Assembly (NCBI GenBank): GCA_031835245.2 | Contig: JAVKOQ020000001.1 | Span: 744,001-802,834, forward strand | Reading direction: 5' to 3' | Length of the DNA: 58,834 nucleotides | From: Balamuthia mandrillaris | Lineage: Eukaryota | Shown here: piece after piece, positions 23,623 through 35,784 of the stretch | Layout: each line of letters begins with the position of its first letter | How positions within the stretch are numbered: the first letter of the stretch is position 1 | Translations under genes and position numbers: made by a program | The notes under the pieces: model-generated | The model's input: only the letters and a program-made list of their open reading frames with translations | Databases searched by the model: none | Told to the model about the DNA's origin: nothing

Positions 23623-25073
23623 ATGAAGTTCACGGTACTGGACCACGAGCTGGATCTGTGGTGCACCGGCACTTGGTTGGCGTTGATCGGAGGCTTTGTG
23701 GTGGCCCGTCTGCTCGTGTGGGACCTCGGCGCTTTCTTCTACAAACGCTGGCTGCGCCCCGCTGCCAACCTCAAGACCTACGGCGCTGGCCAAGGCTCCT
23801 GGGCTGGTTTGTTTTTGTGCCACTACTTTTTTAATTCATCTTCAACAGCTCTTCTCTTTCTTTTTTATTTTTTTTCTTTGTCATTATTTTGCGTGTGTGT
23901 TAATCATGAATTTTTTAAAAAAAAAATCGCGTAGTGGTGACGGGTGCTTCTGATGGCATCGGAAAGGGCTACGCCACCACGCTGGCCAGCCGTGGCTTCA
24001 ACGTGGTACTCATCAGCAGGACCAAGTCCAAGCTTGACGCTGTGGCCAGGGAAATAGAGGATAACTACAAGGTGAAGACCAAGGTAGTGGCTGTCCAGTT
24101 CGGCTCCAAGGACACCTCTTACTTTGAGGACATCAAGGAGGCGCTCGAGTCTTGCGAGAGAATTGGCATTCTTGGTAAAAACTCTTTTCTTTTCTTTTCT
24201 TTTCTTTTCTTTTCTTTTCTTTTTTGTTCGTTTTTGAAACCCAACTAACTCTTTGTTCAAACCACTGCATGATCGAACTCAAGTCAACAACGTGGGAGTG
24301 AACTATCCATTCCCAGGCAAGTACCTGGAGTTGAGTTTGGAGGACCACGAAAACATCATTGAGATTAACGCCCGTTGTCTCCATCACATGACCCACATTA
24401 CCCTCCCTCTCATGCTCGAAAAGTACAAAACTCTTGTCTTTTGTGTGTTCAAAAGCGGTTACTCACTGGTTCTTTTTTTCTATAGGAAGGGCAAAGGACG
24501 TTGTGGAATCCTCAACGTCAGCTCCCTCACTGGCATCGTACCTGTGCCTGGCTTGATATGCTATGGTGCCTCCAAGGCTTTTGCCGATTCCTTCTCTCAG
24601 TCTCTCGCCACCGAGTATGCCTCTCCTTTGCAGATTTCTCTCTGTCTTTGCTTTTTCTGCACTATCAACTTATCTCTCTCTTTCTCCATTTGTTTTCGTT
24701 CAAAGATATGCTCCACTTGGCATTGACGTTGTGTCGATCACGCCCGGTATGGTGGTCTCCAACATGAGCAAGTTCCGTAGGGCTTCCCTCATGAAGGGAG
24801 TGGACACTGCTGAGCACTGCGCCGCTGGTTCCTTGGCTGTGTTGGGCAAAGAGCTCAGGTGGTCTCCTTTCTGGGTTCATGCTCTTCAAGGGTAAGTTGG
24901 CCCCTCTCCCCTCTCTTCTTTCCTTCTTTCTAACTTTTCTTTTTTGCAGATGGATGTTTGAGGCTTTCCATCGCCGCACCATTCTGGGAGTATTCTGGAA
25001 CCACATGTCTGGAATGCGCAAGCGAGCTCTCGCCAAGCTCAAGCGAGAACAAGAGGGAAAGAAGACGCAATGA
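23623..25073 (+). CDS. Very-long-chain 3-oxoacyl-CoA reductase-like SDR (KAR/HSD17B12/IFA38 family)
   Basis: LKTYG...SWAVVTGASDGIGKGYA..LASRGFNVVLISRTKSKL, ILVNNVG and YGASK active-site motif, with an N-terminal TM segment. Confidence 0.9.
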
Positions 25074-25195
25074 ACCTTCCCCTTTCGTTCTCCTCCACAA
25101 TAAAATCTTAGCTTTTTCGCAAATTGTCAGATATTTATTAATTGTCACGATAACCACAACAAAATATAATATATCGCAATACACATAAATAGTTT

Positions 25196-25225
25196 CGATA
25201 TTCTGAGAAATTAATCAGAATATCG
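25196..25225. promoter_or_regulatory. 11-bp perfect inverted repeat in an AT-rich intergenic region
   Basis: CGATATTCTGA-gaaattaa-TCAGAATATCG, about 120 bp upstream of the ART gene ATG. Confidence 0.5.
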
Positions 25226-25344
25226 CTCATCGAAATTACATACAGTAATGAAAAAAAAGACAGAAGAAGGAGGAAAGCGGCAGGCACTATAGTTTTTTTT
25301 CGTGTTGCCGGTTTCGTTTTGGTGGGTGTTCATGTGTGGTCATC

Positions 25345-27947
25345 ATGAACAAGTTTCTTCTCTTTGATGCGGATGAACCTGACCGTGGTCCACGGCCTCA
25401 GAAAGGTCGCGCCATGCAAGTGGACTTGTCCAGATTGAAGCGGTGGTCCGAGTTTTTGTACAAAGCTTCCGTGGCGGCCGGCCTCGAAGAAATGGTTCGG
25501 CGGGTATTCGCCGCAAACGGAGAGGAACTGAAAGACTTTGCGCAGCTTCGAAAGAAGATCTCCGAACGGGTGACACCGCTAAGGTTGATCATTACGGCGG
25601 AAGTGGATTGGGAACCCAAGTCGATGAAGTGTCTGGTGGAAAGGTTGGAAAAGGAAGAAAAAGCGGAAGAAGAAGAAATGAAAAGGAAGAAGGAAGAAGA
25701 GGAAGAAAAGAAGGCGGAGGAAGAAATGAAAAGGAGCAAAAAAGAAGAAGCGGAGGAAGAAAAGAAGAAAAAGGACGCGGAAGACGCAAAAGAGAAGGCA
25801 ACGGCTGAAAACGAAGAAAAAGCAAATGTAGGGACACAACAGAAAGAAGAAAACGAAAAAGAAAAACAAGAAAGAACAAAAGACAAAGGAAAAGAGAAAG
25901 TGGAAAACTACGATAACAACAACGCAGACAACACACAAGACCGCGATCCAAAGCAACTCAACAACGCTAAGACTAACATACGACCGTTAACCGAGTTATG
26001 CCTAAAAGCAGCACAACAAAATTGGACCGGCATCGCGCATGGCATTCTTCGTTTGGCTCCCGAGCTTCAAGACTTTGTTGTGGAGTACATGTGGCGCAAC
26101 GGTGTCTTTGAGGAGATGCGAAACGATGAGCATACTCAGAAAGAACGAGAGGAGATGTTCGAAATGAACAGCTTTTTGGATGATTTGCTGATGTCTTCTG
26201 ATGAGGAAGAAGATGAAGAAGAGGATGAGGAAAGCGACGAAGACGAGGAAGAGGAGGAAAGTGGAGCTTCATCTTCCTCTTATTTGTTTTATGATTCGGA
26301 GGAGGACGAGGAAGAAGGAGAGAGAATATGGAATGAGATGATGAGAATGGACGAGGGGTTGGCTCGAACGTTGCAAAGAATAGAAGAGGAAGCTGTTAGA
26401 AATCTTCAACGAATGGAAGAACAGGACGCTCTTTTAGCTCGTCGTTTGTTGGAAGAAGAACAACAAGAAAGAGCTAAAGGAACAGCAGTTGAAAAACAGA
26501 AAGAGACAGAAAGTTTGATCAAACAATTGGAAGAGGAAGAAAGAAGAGAGGCACAAGAGCGAAGACAAAGAGAGCTGAAGGATGAGGAAATGGCTAAACT
26601 TTTGGCAGCTCACCTGGAAGAAGAAGAGAGAGGAAGAAAAGACTCTGAAAGAAAGTTACGAGAATTGGAAGATGAAAGACTTGCGCGAGAGTTAGAAAAA
26701 CAGATGAAGAGAGTTGGTGAAGTCAACAACAAAGATGAGGAACTGGCCAAAGTCTTGCAACTGGAAGAAGAAACACAGTTGAAAGCGGAGATTGAAGAAG
26801 CGAGAAAGAAGGAGGAAGAGTTAAGCCGGCAGTTTATCGAAAAATTGTTGGTTAAATCTTCTTCAAACACCTCTTCTTCATCATCTACTCTATCTACTGT
26901 GGTTGCTGCCGACTCTTCTTTGACTGCTCCAATAACCTCCAAATACAAAGCTCGTCCGAGGAAATACTGGCAGGAGATGGAAACGCAGATCTATCAGGAA
27001 GCAGGACCGGAGGATTGGAAGTCGTCCAGTTTTCTTTCGAACACGCAGACGTTAGAGCAATACCTTAACTACAAGGGCGGGAACGTCACAGTGAAGAAAG
27101 TGATGAAGCCTGCATTGATCAAAGTAAGTCCTCTTACCTAGTTTTAGTTGTATAGTTTGCGCTTTTGTTGTATTTGAACTACGCATTGAGTTTTGTTTTT
27201 ATTTTTGTCATCTGTTATAGCGGTTTGAGCAGAAATGGCTGGAATTCAAGAAGAAATATGGCAGCCACAGCAACGAGGCTCAACCTTGTCTTGCTTGTAC
27301 TCTCTCTCTCTCTCTCTCTCTCGTTTGTATTTCAAGTCTGTTCTGTTTTTGTTGATAATTGACGCCTCTTTTCCATCCACACTAGTTCATGGCACTCGCT
27401 CTCACTTCATTCCTTCCATCGTTTCTAAGGGATTGCTCGTTCCTGAGAGTGAACCTGGCGTTAAACACGTGACAGACTCTGGGTGGTATGGCAAAGGAAT
27501 TTATCTCTCTCCCGACCCTTCCGTTTCTGAAAGCTATGCTCTTGGTGGCAAGATGCTCGTATGCTCCGTGTTGGTACTGTTCCTTCAACTTCTCCTTCGT
27601 GTGCTTCTGCTTCTTTCCTCTTATGTGCTTGTATTACCTTGTTACGTCAAAAGATGGGAAGAATATACCGCTGTCCAGCTCGTTGCGATGGAGCTGGATG
27701 CAGGCCAGGATATGACAGCCACCTCAGTCCAAGCGGTGAAGAGTATGTGCTCTTCTCAGCCGCTCAAGTATTGCCGTGCTATTTGGTAGAGTTCCACATT
27801 CCAGAAACAGTCCACTCCGCTGGTGCCGCTAAATCTGCAGCCAAACCCGCTACTCTAAAGTCGCTTTTGAAGAAGAACAAACCGCAACACAAGAAGAAGA
27901 AAAGAAAGAACAAGCGAAAGAAGTCCAAGAAGAATAAAACAAAGTAA
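25345..27947 (+). CDS. PARP-like ADP-ribosyltransferase with N-terminal DCX/Ubl-like region, BC-box-like motif and MIU-like repeats
   Basis: The spliced C-terminus AFHGT...SIVSKGLLVP...WYGKGIYLSPDPSVSESYA...MLVCSVLMG...GYDSH...EEYVLFSAAQVLPCYLVEF carries an H-Y-E triad. Repeated DExLAxxL helices lie upstream. Confidence 0.85.
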
Positions 27948-28242
27948 AACCATTACCGCATTCCTTGAGAAAATTTTAAAATAGTTGTCATTTGTGGCAT
28001 TCATAGCATTCCAAAGGATCATTTGCTTGAGGGGTAACCGAAAAACTTGATTTCTCTCTTTTCCTGTTTCTTTCTTCCTCCCCACACAAATTTTTTTCTT
28101 TTTCACTCTCTCGCTCTCTCACAAGAAAGAGCTCTTTGTTTTTGGTTGGTGTTGCGTGGAGAGTGCGATCAAACGCTGCGGATTGAGTTCAAACCAAAAA
28201 AAATCACTTTATTTTTTACAAAAAAGAGTAGCACACAGAGAG

Positions 28243-28492
28243 ATGGCGAGCTTTAATATTTCGTATCTTCCAACGATTAGCGACAACCCCACTGGCTGGG
28301 GGCCCACTGAGGAGAGCATCCCAGAGAGCTTGAAGAGGGTGCCCTACGCCCCGTTCTCCAAATCCGAGAAGCTCGGCAAAGCCGCTGACAGCTTCGGTTA
28401 TAAAGGCTACAGAGGTGAGTGTTGTGGTGTTTTTATTTGTATTTTTGCCACTACGAGGCTGATCCCTTTTCTCTTTGCTTGTATGTGTCACC

Positions 28493-28524
<32 letters not shown>

Positions 28525-29558
28525 GCTCTTCTGTCGCTGTAGGCTCGCATCAGGGCTCTAATCAGGCCTTTGACTTCCGCGCTGACGACGAAGAGGGAGA
28601 TGACTTCCAGCTGGTGGACAGCAAGTCAGGCCCCAAGAAGAAGGGCTACGGACAAGGCTTCCGTGGTCGTCGCCCTCTTATTCGCAAGCCCTTGCGCCGC
28701 AGAGGAGAGGCTCTCCCCCAAAACAAGCCCAAGTTTGGTCGCCATCACGAGCAGAGGAGGAAGCAGCAGTCCAACCGCTGGCAGAAGTGGGGCAACAAGT
28801 CTCGCTGGGGCTTCCGAAGAGGAGAGAAGATTACTCGCGAGGCCTCTGTGGAGGTTGGTCCTGAATGGACTCTCTTGGAGCAGACCGAGTTTGCGGAGCT
28901 TAACAAGAGCCGTTTGGCTGATATTCCTGAACCCGAGACTGTGTACGTTCACAGTCCTCTCTCTCTCTCTCTCTCTCTCTCCTGCTCCTCCTCTTCCTCC
29001 TCTTCCTCTTTCCCTCTTCTCTCCTTTTCTTTGCAAGAAAAATACTCGTGTTAACCTTCTCATGTAGTCTTGAATGCGGTGTGCTCGATTACTACAATCC
29101 TGAATACGACACAGTTACCGTTCCTAAGAGGAAGACTCTGGAGAGGATCGACAGAACGTTCTTCCAAGTTACCACTACCGACGACCCCATCATCAACAAG
29201 CTCTCCATCGAAGAAGACTTTAATGCCAACATTTTCCTTACCGACGCCATTCTCGCTCATCTCATGTGTGCTCCTCGCAGCAATTTTTCTTGGGATATCA
29301 TTGTCCGAAGGGTTGGCGCCAACTATCTCTTCTTCGACAAACGAGATAACTCTCAATTCGGTACCGTTTTTCTTTCGCTTTCTCTTTAATTCTTTATCTT
29401 GCTCATACGACTGTGAATGTTCAGACTATTTGACTGTCAACGAAACCATGACCGAAGCGCCTGCTTCCGCTGATGAAGAAATGAACTCTCTCCAAAATCT
29501 GAGCCTTGAAGCATCCTACATCAACCAGAACTTCTCGCAACAAGTGCTGATTAGGGTA

Positions 29559-29598
<40 letters not shown>

Positions 29599-30544
29599 CT
29601 TATTCCTCTGTTCTTACCGGACGTGTACAACCAAACCAGCCAAAAGCCGGGGATAAGGCTGAACGCTACCACTTGCAAGAACCCAATCCCTTCCAAGGCT
29701 CCCTCAGTGAGGAGGAGCTGTCTAGCGTTGCCTACCGTTACAGGAAGTGGGATTTGGGAGACGGCAATGTCGTTCTCTGTCGCTGCGAGGTGGATGCTGT
29801 TGCAAAGTCTGGTGCCGACAAGGAGTTTGTCACCATTAAAGCCTTGAACGAGTACGACCCCAAGATCACCGGCGATTGGCGACAGAAGCTCGACTCGCAA
29901 AGGGGCGCCGTTCTGGCCACCGAGTTAAAGAACAACTCCAACAAGTTGGCCAAGTGGACCGTTCAGTCCCTTCTTAACGGCTCTGCTTTCCTTAAACTTG
30001 GGTTTGTTTGCTTCCTTGCTTCTCTTTCTCTTTCATCGTTTCTCTCTGTCTCTCTCTCTGTCTCTCTCTCTGTCTCTTTCTGTCTCTCTCTCTCCCCCCC
30101 TCTCTCTCTCTCTAGCAACAAAAGAAAGAAAAGCGGGCTAACCTTTTCTTGCTTTAAAAATCAAGTTATGTATCTCGTGCTCAAAACACGCACCAAATAT
30201 TGGGAACTCAGTCTTTCAAGCCCAAAGAATTCGCCCATCAGATAGGCCTGAACGAGAGCAACCTCTGGGGCATCTTCAAGTACTTTGTGGATCTTTGCAT
30301 GGAGCTTGAAGAAGGCACCTACATTTTCCTCAAGGACCCCAACAAGGTTTGTTTTCTCCTCTTTCGTCTTTTTCTTATTTTTAACGATTTTGTTTACTTA
30401 TCTCTCCAAAAGCCCCTTATTCGTCTGTACGAAGTACCGGAAGATGCCTTTGACAACAAAGAAGAGGGAGATGATGACGAAGATGAAGACGAGGAAGAAG
30501 AGGACGTTGAAGGAGAGGACGACTTTGACGATGAAGAAGACTGA
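28243..30544 (+). CDS. EIF3D: Eukaryotic translation initiation factor 3 subunit D
   Basis: [53 protein letters not shown] and [27 protein letters not shown]. Confidence 0.97.
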
Positions 30545-30721
30545 GATGAACGCTAAAATGTGGGAACAGAACTTTTCTGTATTGTTTCTCACCAACAAAA
30601 AGTGGATTGGAAGATCGTTTTCTTTCTTTCTTTCTTTCTTTCTTCTTTTTGAGAAGAGTAACTGTTACCAAGGCAAAGGAAGTGGTGAAAATGAAGTACA
30701 CAAAGCACCAACAGTTTTTGT

Positions 30722-33700
30722 TTAGTGTTTTCTGGAGGAGAAGAGGGCGGCCGCTTGGCGGAAGGCTTTCTCTTTGGCCTCATGACGGGCGAGCGCCTCC
30801 TCCACTTGCTTCTTCTCCTTCTGCAAGGCCTTTCGCAAGGTGTCCACCTCGAACAGCTCTTCCACCTCCCCATCCGACAGACTTGAGAATTGCCCTTGAA
30901 GCTCTCCTGCCAGTTCTGTTTCCCTGTTTGTTTTTTCAGTTGTGTTTGTTTTGCGTTATTAACCCAACAGGCAGTGAAGCAACGAGATCTTCTCTTTGAG
31001 AAGAGGAGAGAGAAAGAGAGAGATGAAATGTACATTGGGACGAGGAAAAAGTGGTGGCACTTGAGCGCGATGTTGTGGGATGTCCTCTGCTTGATTTGGT
31101 CCCAAAGGGCAACGGCGAGCTGCCCTACCTTGTCCCTGCTTTGCTTGGCGCTCTGAGTGTTCTTTATGCGGAGACTCTTTGATGGAAAACTATATCCAAG
31201 AAAAGACTGTAAGGAAAAAAAAAAAAAGAGAAGAAAAAGGACAGAAGAAAGAAGAAGAAAACCTGCTAAGCTCCCAATAGATGATGCGAGTGGAGCAGAA
31301 CTCATCGACGCACTTCTCACGGCAGATCTGAGCGCAGCGGTTCACAAAGTTGAGGTAGAACTCTCGCAGTCTCTGATGAAAGTAAGGCAGATCCTCCAAA
31401 GATGTTGTGGAGAGAAGTTCCTTCTTGCTTCCTCCCACCGCTCCTCCTGAACTCACACCATACAAGTCTCCACCAAGCTCTGGTTGAGCTTCATCATCAA
31501 ACGCGGCATCCAACTTTTGAAGGGGACAAAAGGTATAAGACTAGGAGGAGAGGAGATAGAAAAACGCAAACCTGAACAAGAGGAGACCTCTTTCCAGCAG
31601 CTTTGGCTTTCCTATGAGTGGCCACAAGGACCTCTGCAATCGGAAACAGCCTCACAAAGACGTGCAACGCTCTGTCCAAGAGCTGCTCGATGAGAGGGTA
31701 GAGCTCCGTTTGTGCGTGCCTCTGCACAATCTCGCTGACGGTCCATGCGTACTGGCTGAACTCCTTCATGGCCTTGCCGCCAGAGGCATTGGCCACGTCG
31801 TCCACGCTCGGCTGAATGGGGCGAGAGTGGTCACAGACGGCTACAAACTCGGAGAGCAGGCGCTCAAACTGTTGGCCACCATAGAGCTTGTTGGTGAGGT
31901 AGCTCACACCCCAAGACTCTTCCACCTCTATCACTTCCTTCTTGCCATTGACCCATTCGCCCACCACTTGTGTTTCAATAGAACATGAGTTAAAAGAGAG
32001 AAGAAAGAAGAGAGGAGCTTTCACAGACCAGCTTGTTCGTCAAAGGAGGTCTCTCCATTGATGGAAGGTAGCGCCTCGGCAGAGCCGGAGATGAGCTTGG
32101 AGAGGACGTGCAGGAATTCCATGACGTAGGTGGTGGCCACGCTGCGCAGGCGGTGGCTCTCCAGCTCCGACAAGGAATGCTGGAGGTGTTGCAGTTTGGT
32201 GGTGGCGTTTAGCCTCAGCCCATCAAAGTACTTGCATAACTTGGGAATGGTGTCCAGGTACTGCTTACGGGTACGCTCGACGAGGTGGGACCTAAAGGCA
32301 GGCAACCCAATGGCATGAGCGTAGGTCTTGTTGTAGCGAACATGCTCCAGCTGTTGGTGGTCCCTCTGGAAGGCGGCCACCACCAGCTCGCCAAAACTCT
32401 TTTTGCTGCTCTGCCGCATGTAAGCTGAGAAGAGGGAGACAAAAAAGGTGGAGCGAGGGGCTGGTTGGTTGCCCAGATAACGGTTCGTCTCCTGTGAGCT
32501 GGCTAGCACCTTCAGCACGTTGTTGTAAAAGTTGGTGTATACATAGGTGGTACGGTAGCTGCTCGGGTCCACCTTGGACATGAAGCTAGGCATCTTGCAG
32601 GAGCCCCATCCTTGGGCTTGCTCCACACACACTATCAACCGGTTGCTTCACAAAGGAACAATGAGAAATAAACACATAAAGACAAAGAGAGTTGTTGCAA
32701 CGGAACCTTGGTTGAACGAGCTCCAGGACCATGCTCTCGATACGGTCTCGTGTTTTCTCACCGGGATTGGAGCCGGTGTTGGAGAGCGAGGCATCGTCGC
32801 TAGACTCTGCCTCAAAGATCAGGCCTGGCGTGTCGATGAGGGTCATGTTCCAGCAGTGCTTCCATTCGTAGTTGATGTGAATGGGTTTGGCGCTGTATTT
32901 GGCGTTCCGTTTCTCTATTTCCGCTGGCACATCTTTCACCCTCACTTCCCTTTTTTTTTTAAAAAAAGAAGAGTTAGTGCAAGGCGAAGAAAGAACGGGA
33001 AGAACGGAAAGGAGAGCATAAACCTGTCCACAGCAAACTCACCACCCTCTCTAGCTTTGAGTTGATCTCGTTTCATAGTTATTTTAGGCTTTTCGCATGC
33101 AGGGTTGTTGATCAGCCGTATGAAGATAGGTCTGCGGTTGGCTCCATCCCTGTTCACCAATATGCCAAAGTCCAATAAGTACCCACATTGTTATTTTTGG
33201 TGACAAAACAAGCTCGAGAAGAGCGAGAAGCTGTGAGAGAGAGAGAGAGAGGGAGAGAGAGGGAGAGGGAGAGAGAGAGAGCAGGGAGTGCAAAGAAGAG
33301 ACCGGAGGAAAGCGGCCGGGCAGGCGATGAGGAAAAGTACCTTCCAAGCACGCCAAAGGGGTGACCAAGGAAACTTTCAAGAAGAGCAGACTTGCCGGCA
33401 CCTCGCGGTCCAATAAACACAATCTCAGGTTCTTCCACAAAAGCGTTCAAACTGTGTTAAAAAGCACAATAATTAGCCCATAATCATTACACACAAAAAA
33501 AAAAACAAAAAGAAATAACGTACTCTCTGGCGAGGTCCAAGAGTTTGTGGAAGGCCTCATAGACGGCTGGTGGGGTGTTGCTTTCGGTCGCTTTAACCAG
33601 CTGTGCATCCAACTTAATTTCCTCAAGACCCTCGTCGTCGGCCTTGGTTTGAGGATCCCTGGTGTCAAGGAAGACAGGGCGAGCGGAGCTGCTCTTCTCT

Positions 33701-34025
33701 TTCTCCCCTTTCTTTTTCTCTGTTTCCTTTTGCTTTTCCTTTTCCTTGCTCTCTTTCTCTTTCTCCTTCTCTTTGGCATCCTTCTCCCTTTCCTTATCTT
33801 TGGTGGCAACGGGAGTGGCCGAGCTTTTCTTCTCGCTTAGGGTCCGTGATATCTTGGAGGCTGCTGACTTTTCTCTTCTGGAAGAAGATTTTGTGGGAGA
33901 GCCCTCTTCGCCATCTCCTTTCTTGCTGGCCTTTTCTGGAGAACTCTCTTCTACATTTTCAATGGTCAGCCTTAACCAGTGAACAGACAAATAGAAAGAA
34001 AGAGAGAAAGTGAAGAGAATTGTTC

Positions 34026-34062
<37 letters not shown>

Positions 34063-34171
34063 AGAAAGAGTGCGCGAGGAAAGAGAAAACGAAACCCTTC
34101 CGAGTACTGCGAGGTGATGAGGAGTGTTTTCTTGGAGACTGTACTTTCTTGGATGACCCGGCGGTACTCAT
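30722..34171 (-). CDS. Dynamin-like protein (DRP5A/ARC5/Dictyostelium Dlp type)
   Basis: PEIVFIGPRGAGKSALLE, NRRPIFIRLINNP and TLIDTPGL, a helical middle region (KLYGGQQFERLLSEF, IALKCHHFFLVPM) and a last exon ending FSSRKH* at 30722. Confidence 0.88.
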
Positions 34172-34460
34172 TTTTTGTTTACCCCCTTTATTTCAAATGG
34201 GCGCGAAGGGTTCGGCTCAAATTCCAATCGCTCACCCTCCTCCAGTACCGGGCTGTACGCCTCCCTTCTTGACACCTCCGCCAGTCCTCCCTGCCGCACC
34301 CGTGCTAATATTTGGTCGAAAAGACATTTTTTTGCTATTTTAGAGCATGAGGTTGATGGTGCGTGTTGCCGACTGTGCTACAATTGACCTCACGTTCTGA
34401 CGTCAGCGCAATATAACTCACCCACATTACACGTTTGAAAAAGAATAACAAGAGAAGAAG

Positions 34461-34914
34461 ATGCACAGCTTCGGGCAAGGGACACAATGGGGAAAGATCA
34501 CCCTCTGGTTTGTTGTTATTCTTCTTGGTTATTTTTTTTCCAGGGTCATGCCCTAATGGCAGTATATTTTATATGGTCGTCTAATTGTAACGCAAAACAA
34601 ATGAAAGGGACGCGGCTGCCGACGGTGACTTGGAGATGTGCAAACTGCGCATGAAGTCTGCCGTCACTCACGTGAACGCCAAGGATGCTCAAGGCAAAAC
34701 CGCTTTGCACGAAGGTTTGTTTCTCTAAGAGACTCTCGTTTTTTTCATACACATAACAAGCTTGAAAACCAATAATTTTTTTGACGAACAGCTGCTCGTT
34801 GGGGACACACCAACGTTATCGAGTTTTTGTTGGACAACAAAGCTGAACTCGAAGCAAGAACCAACGAAGGCTCTACTCCTCTTCGTAATGATCTTCTCTC
34901 TTCTCTATCCCTCC

Positions 34915-34946
<32 letters not shown>

Positions 34947-34963
34947 CCCTCACTTCTCTTCTC

Positions 34964-34997
<34 letters not shown>

Positions 34998-35461
34998 ACG
35001 CAAAACCAAAAACAGACTTAGCGGCAATGAACGGCAAAGATGATGCGGTTCGCTTCTTGATCTCGAAGGGCGCGGACATTAACTGTGTGGATAACTACAA
35101 GGACACGCCGTTGATGGCTGCCAGCGGTGCTGGTCAGGTTAACACCGTCCAACTGCTGCTTGGTCTTGGCGCTGGTTCGTTTTTTTTTCTTGGCTCTCCT
35201 TCTCCTTCAAACGTTTTGTTCATGCTTATCCTTCCTTTTGTTTGGTTTTGTGTCAGACCGAACACTTTTGAACTCAAATGGAAGAACGGCTGAGAACATG
35301 GCAAAGGATCCCACCACTGCGGATGTTTTTAACGGTACACACAAACCTCTATCCCCCCCTTTTTTTTTAAAAAAAAAAGGGCGATCGATTGTCTTCAGTA
35401 ACTGACTGTCTCCCCGCTCAAACCCAAAGATGCTGCCTACCAATCCCCCACCAAGTATTAG
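34461..35461 (+). CDS. Small ankyrin-repeat protein
   Basis: Spliced product MHSFGQGTQWGKITLWDAAADGDLEMC...GKTALHEAARWGHTNVIEFLL...GSTPLHLAAMNGK...DTPLMAASGAG...GRTAENMA...SPTKY*. Confidence 0.85.
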
Positions 35462-35784
35462 CTTGTACACTGTTTGTTGAGGTCGTTCGCTATATGCGGC
35501 TGTAAGAGAGGAGAAGGAAGGAAGAACAACTATTTTTTTTAACCATAGATAGACATGAGAGAATCGCTCTCTTATCTTTGATCGTATCTTCTCTCTTATC
35601 TCATCTCATGTCCTCTCTTATATCCGCCTAACTTCTATAGATCTTCTTATGATTGTCGCGCCGCCTTATCGGGGGGTGACTGTCCGAGCAACAACACTCC
35701 AACCAACAAAAAAAAAGTTTTTGCCCAGCAAATATTAAAGAGCAGGTTTTTTTTGTTTGTTTTTTTGAACAAAAAAAATCAACA

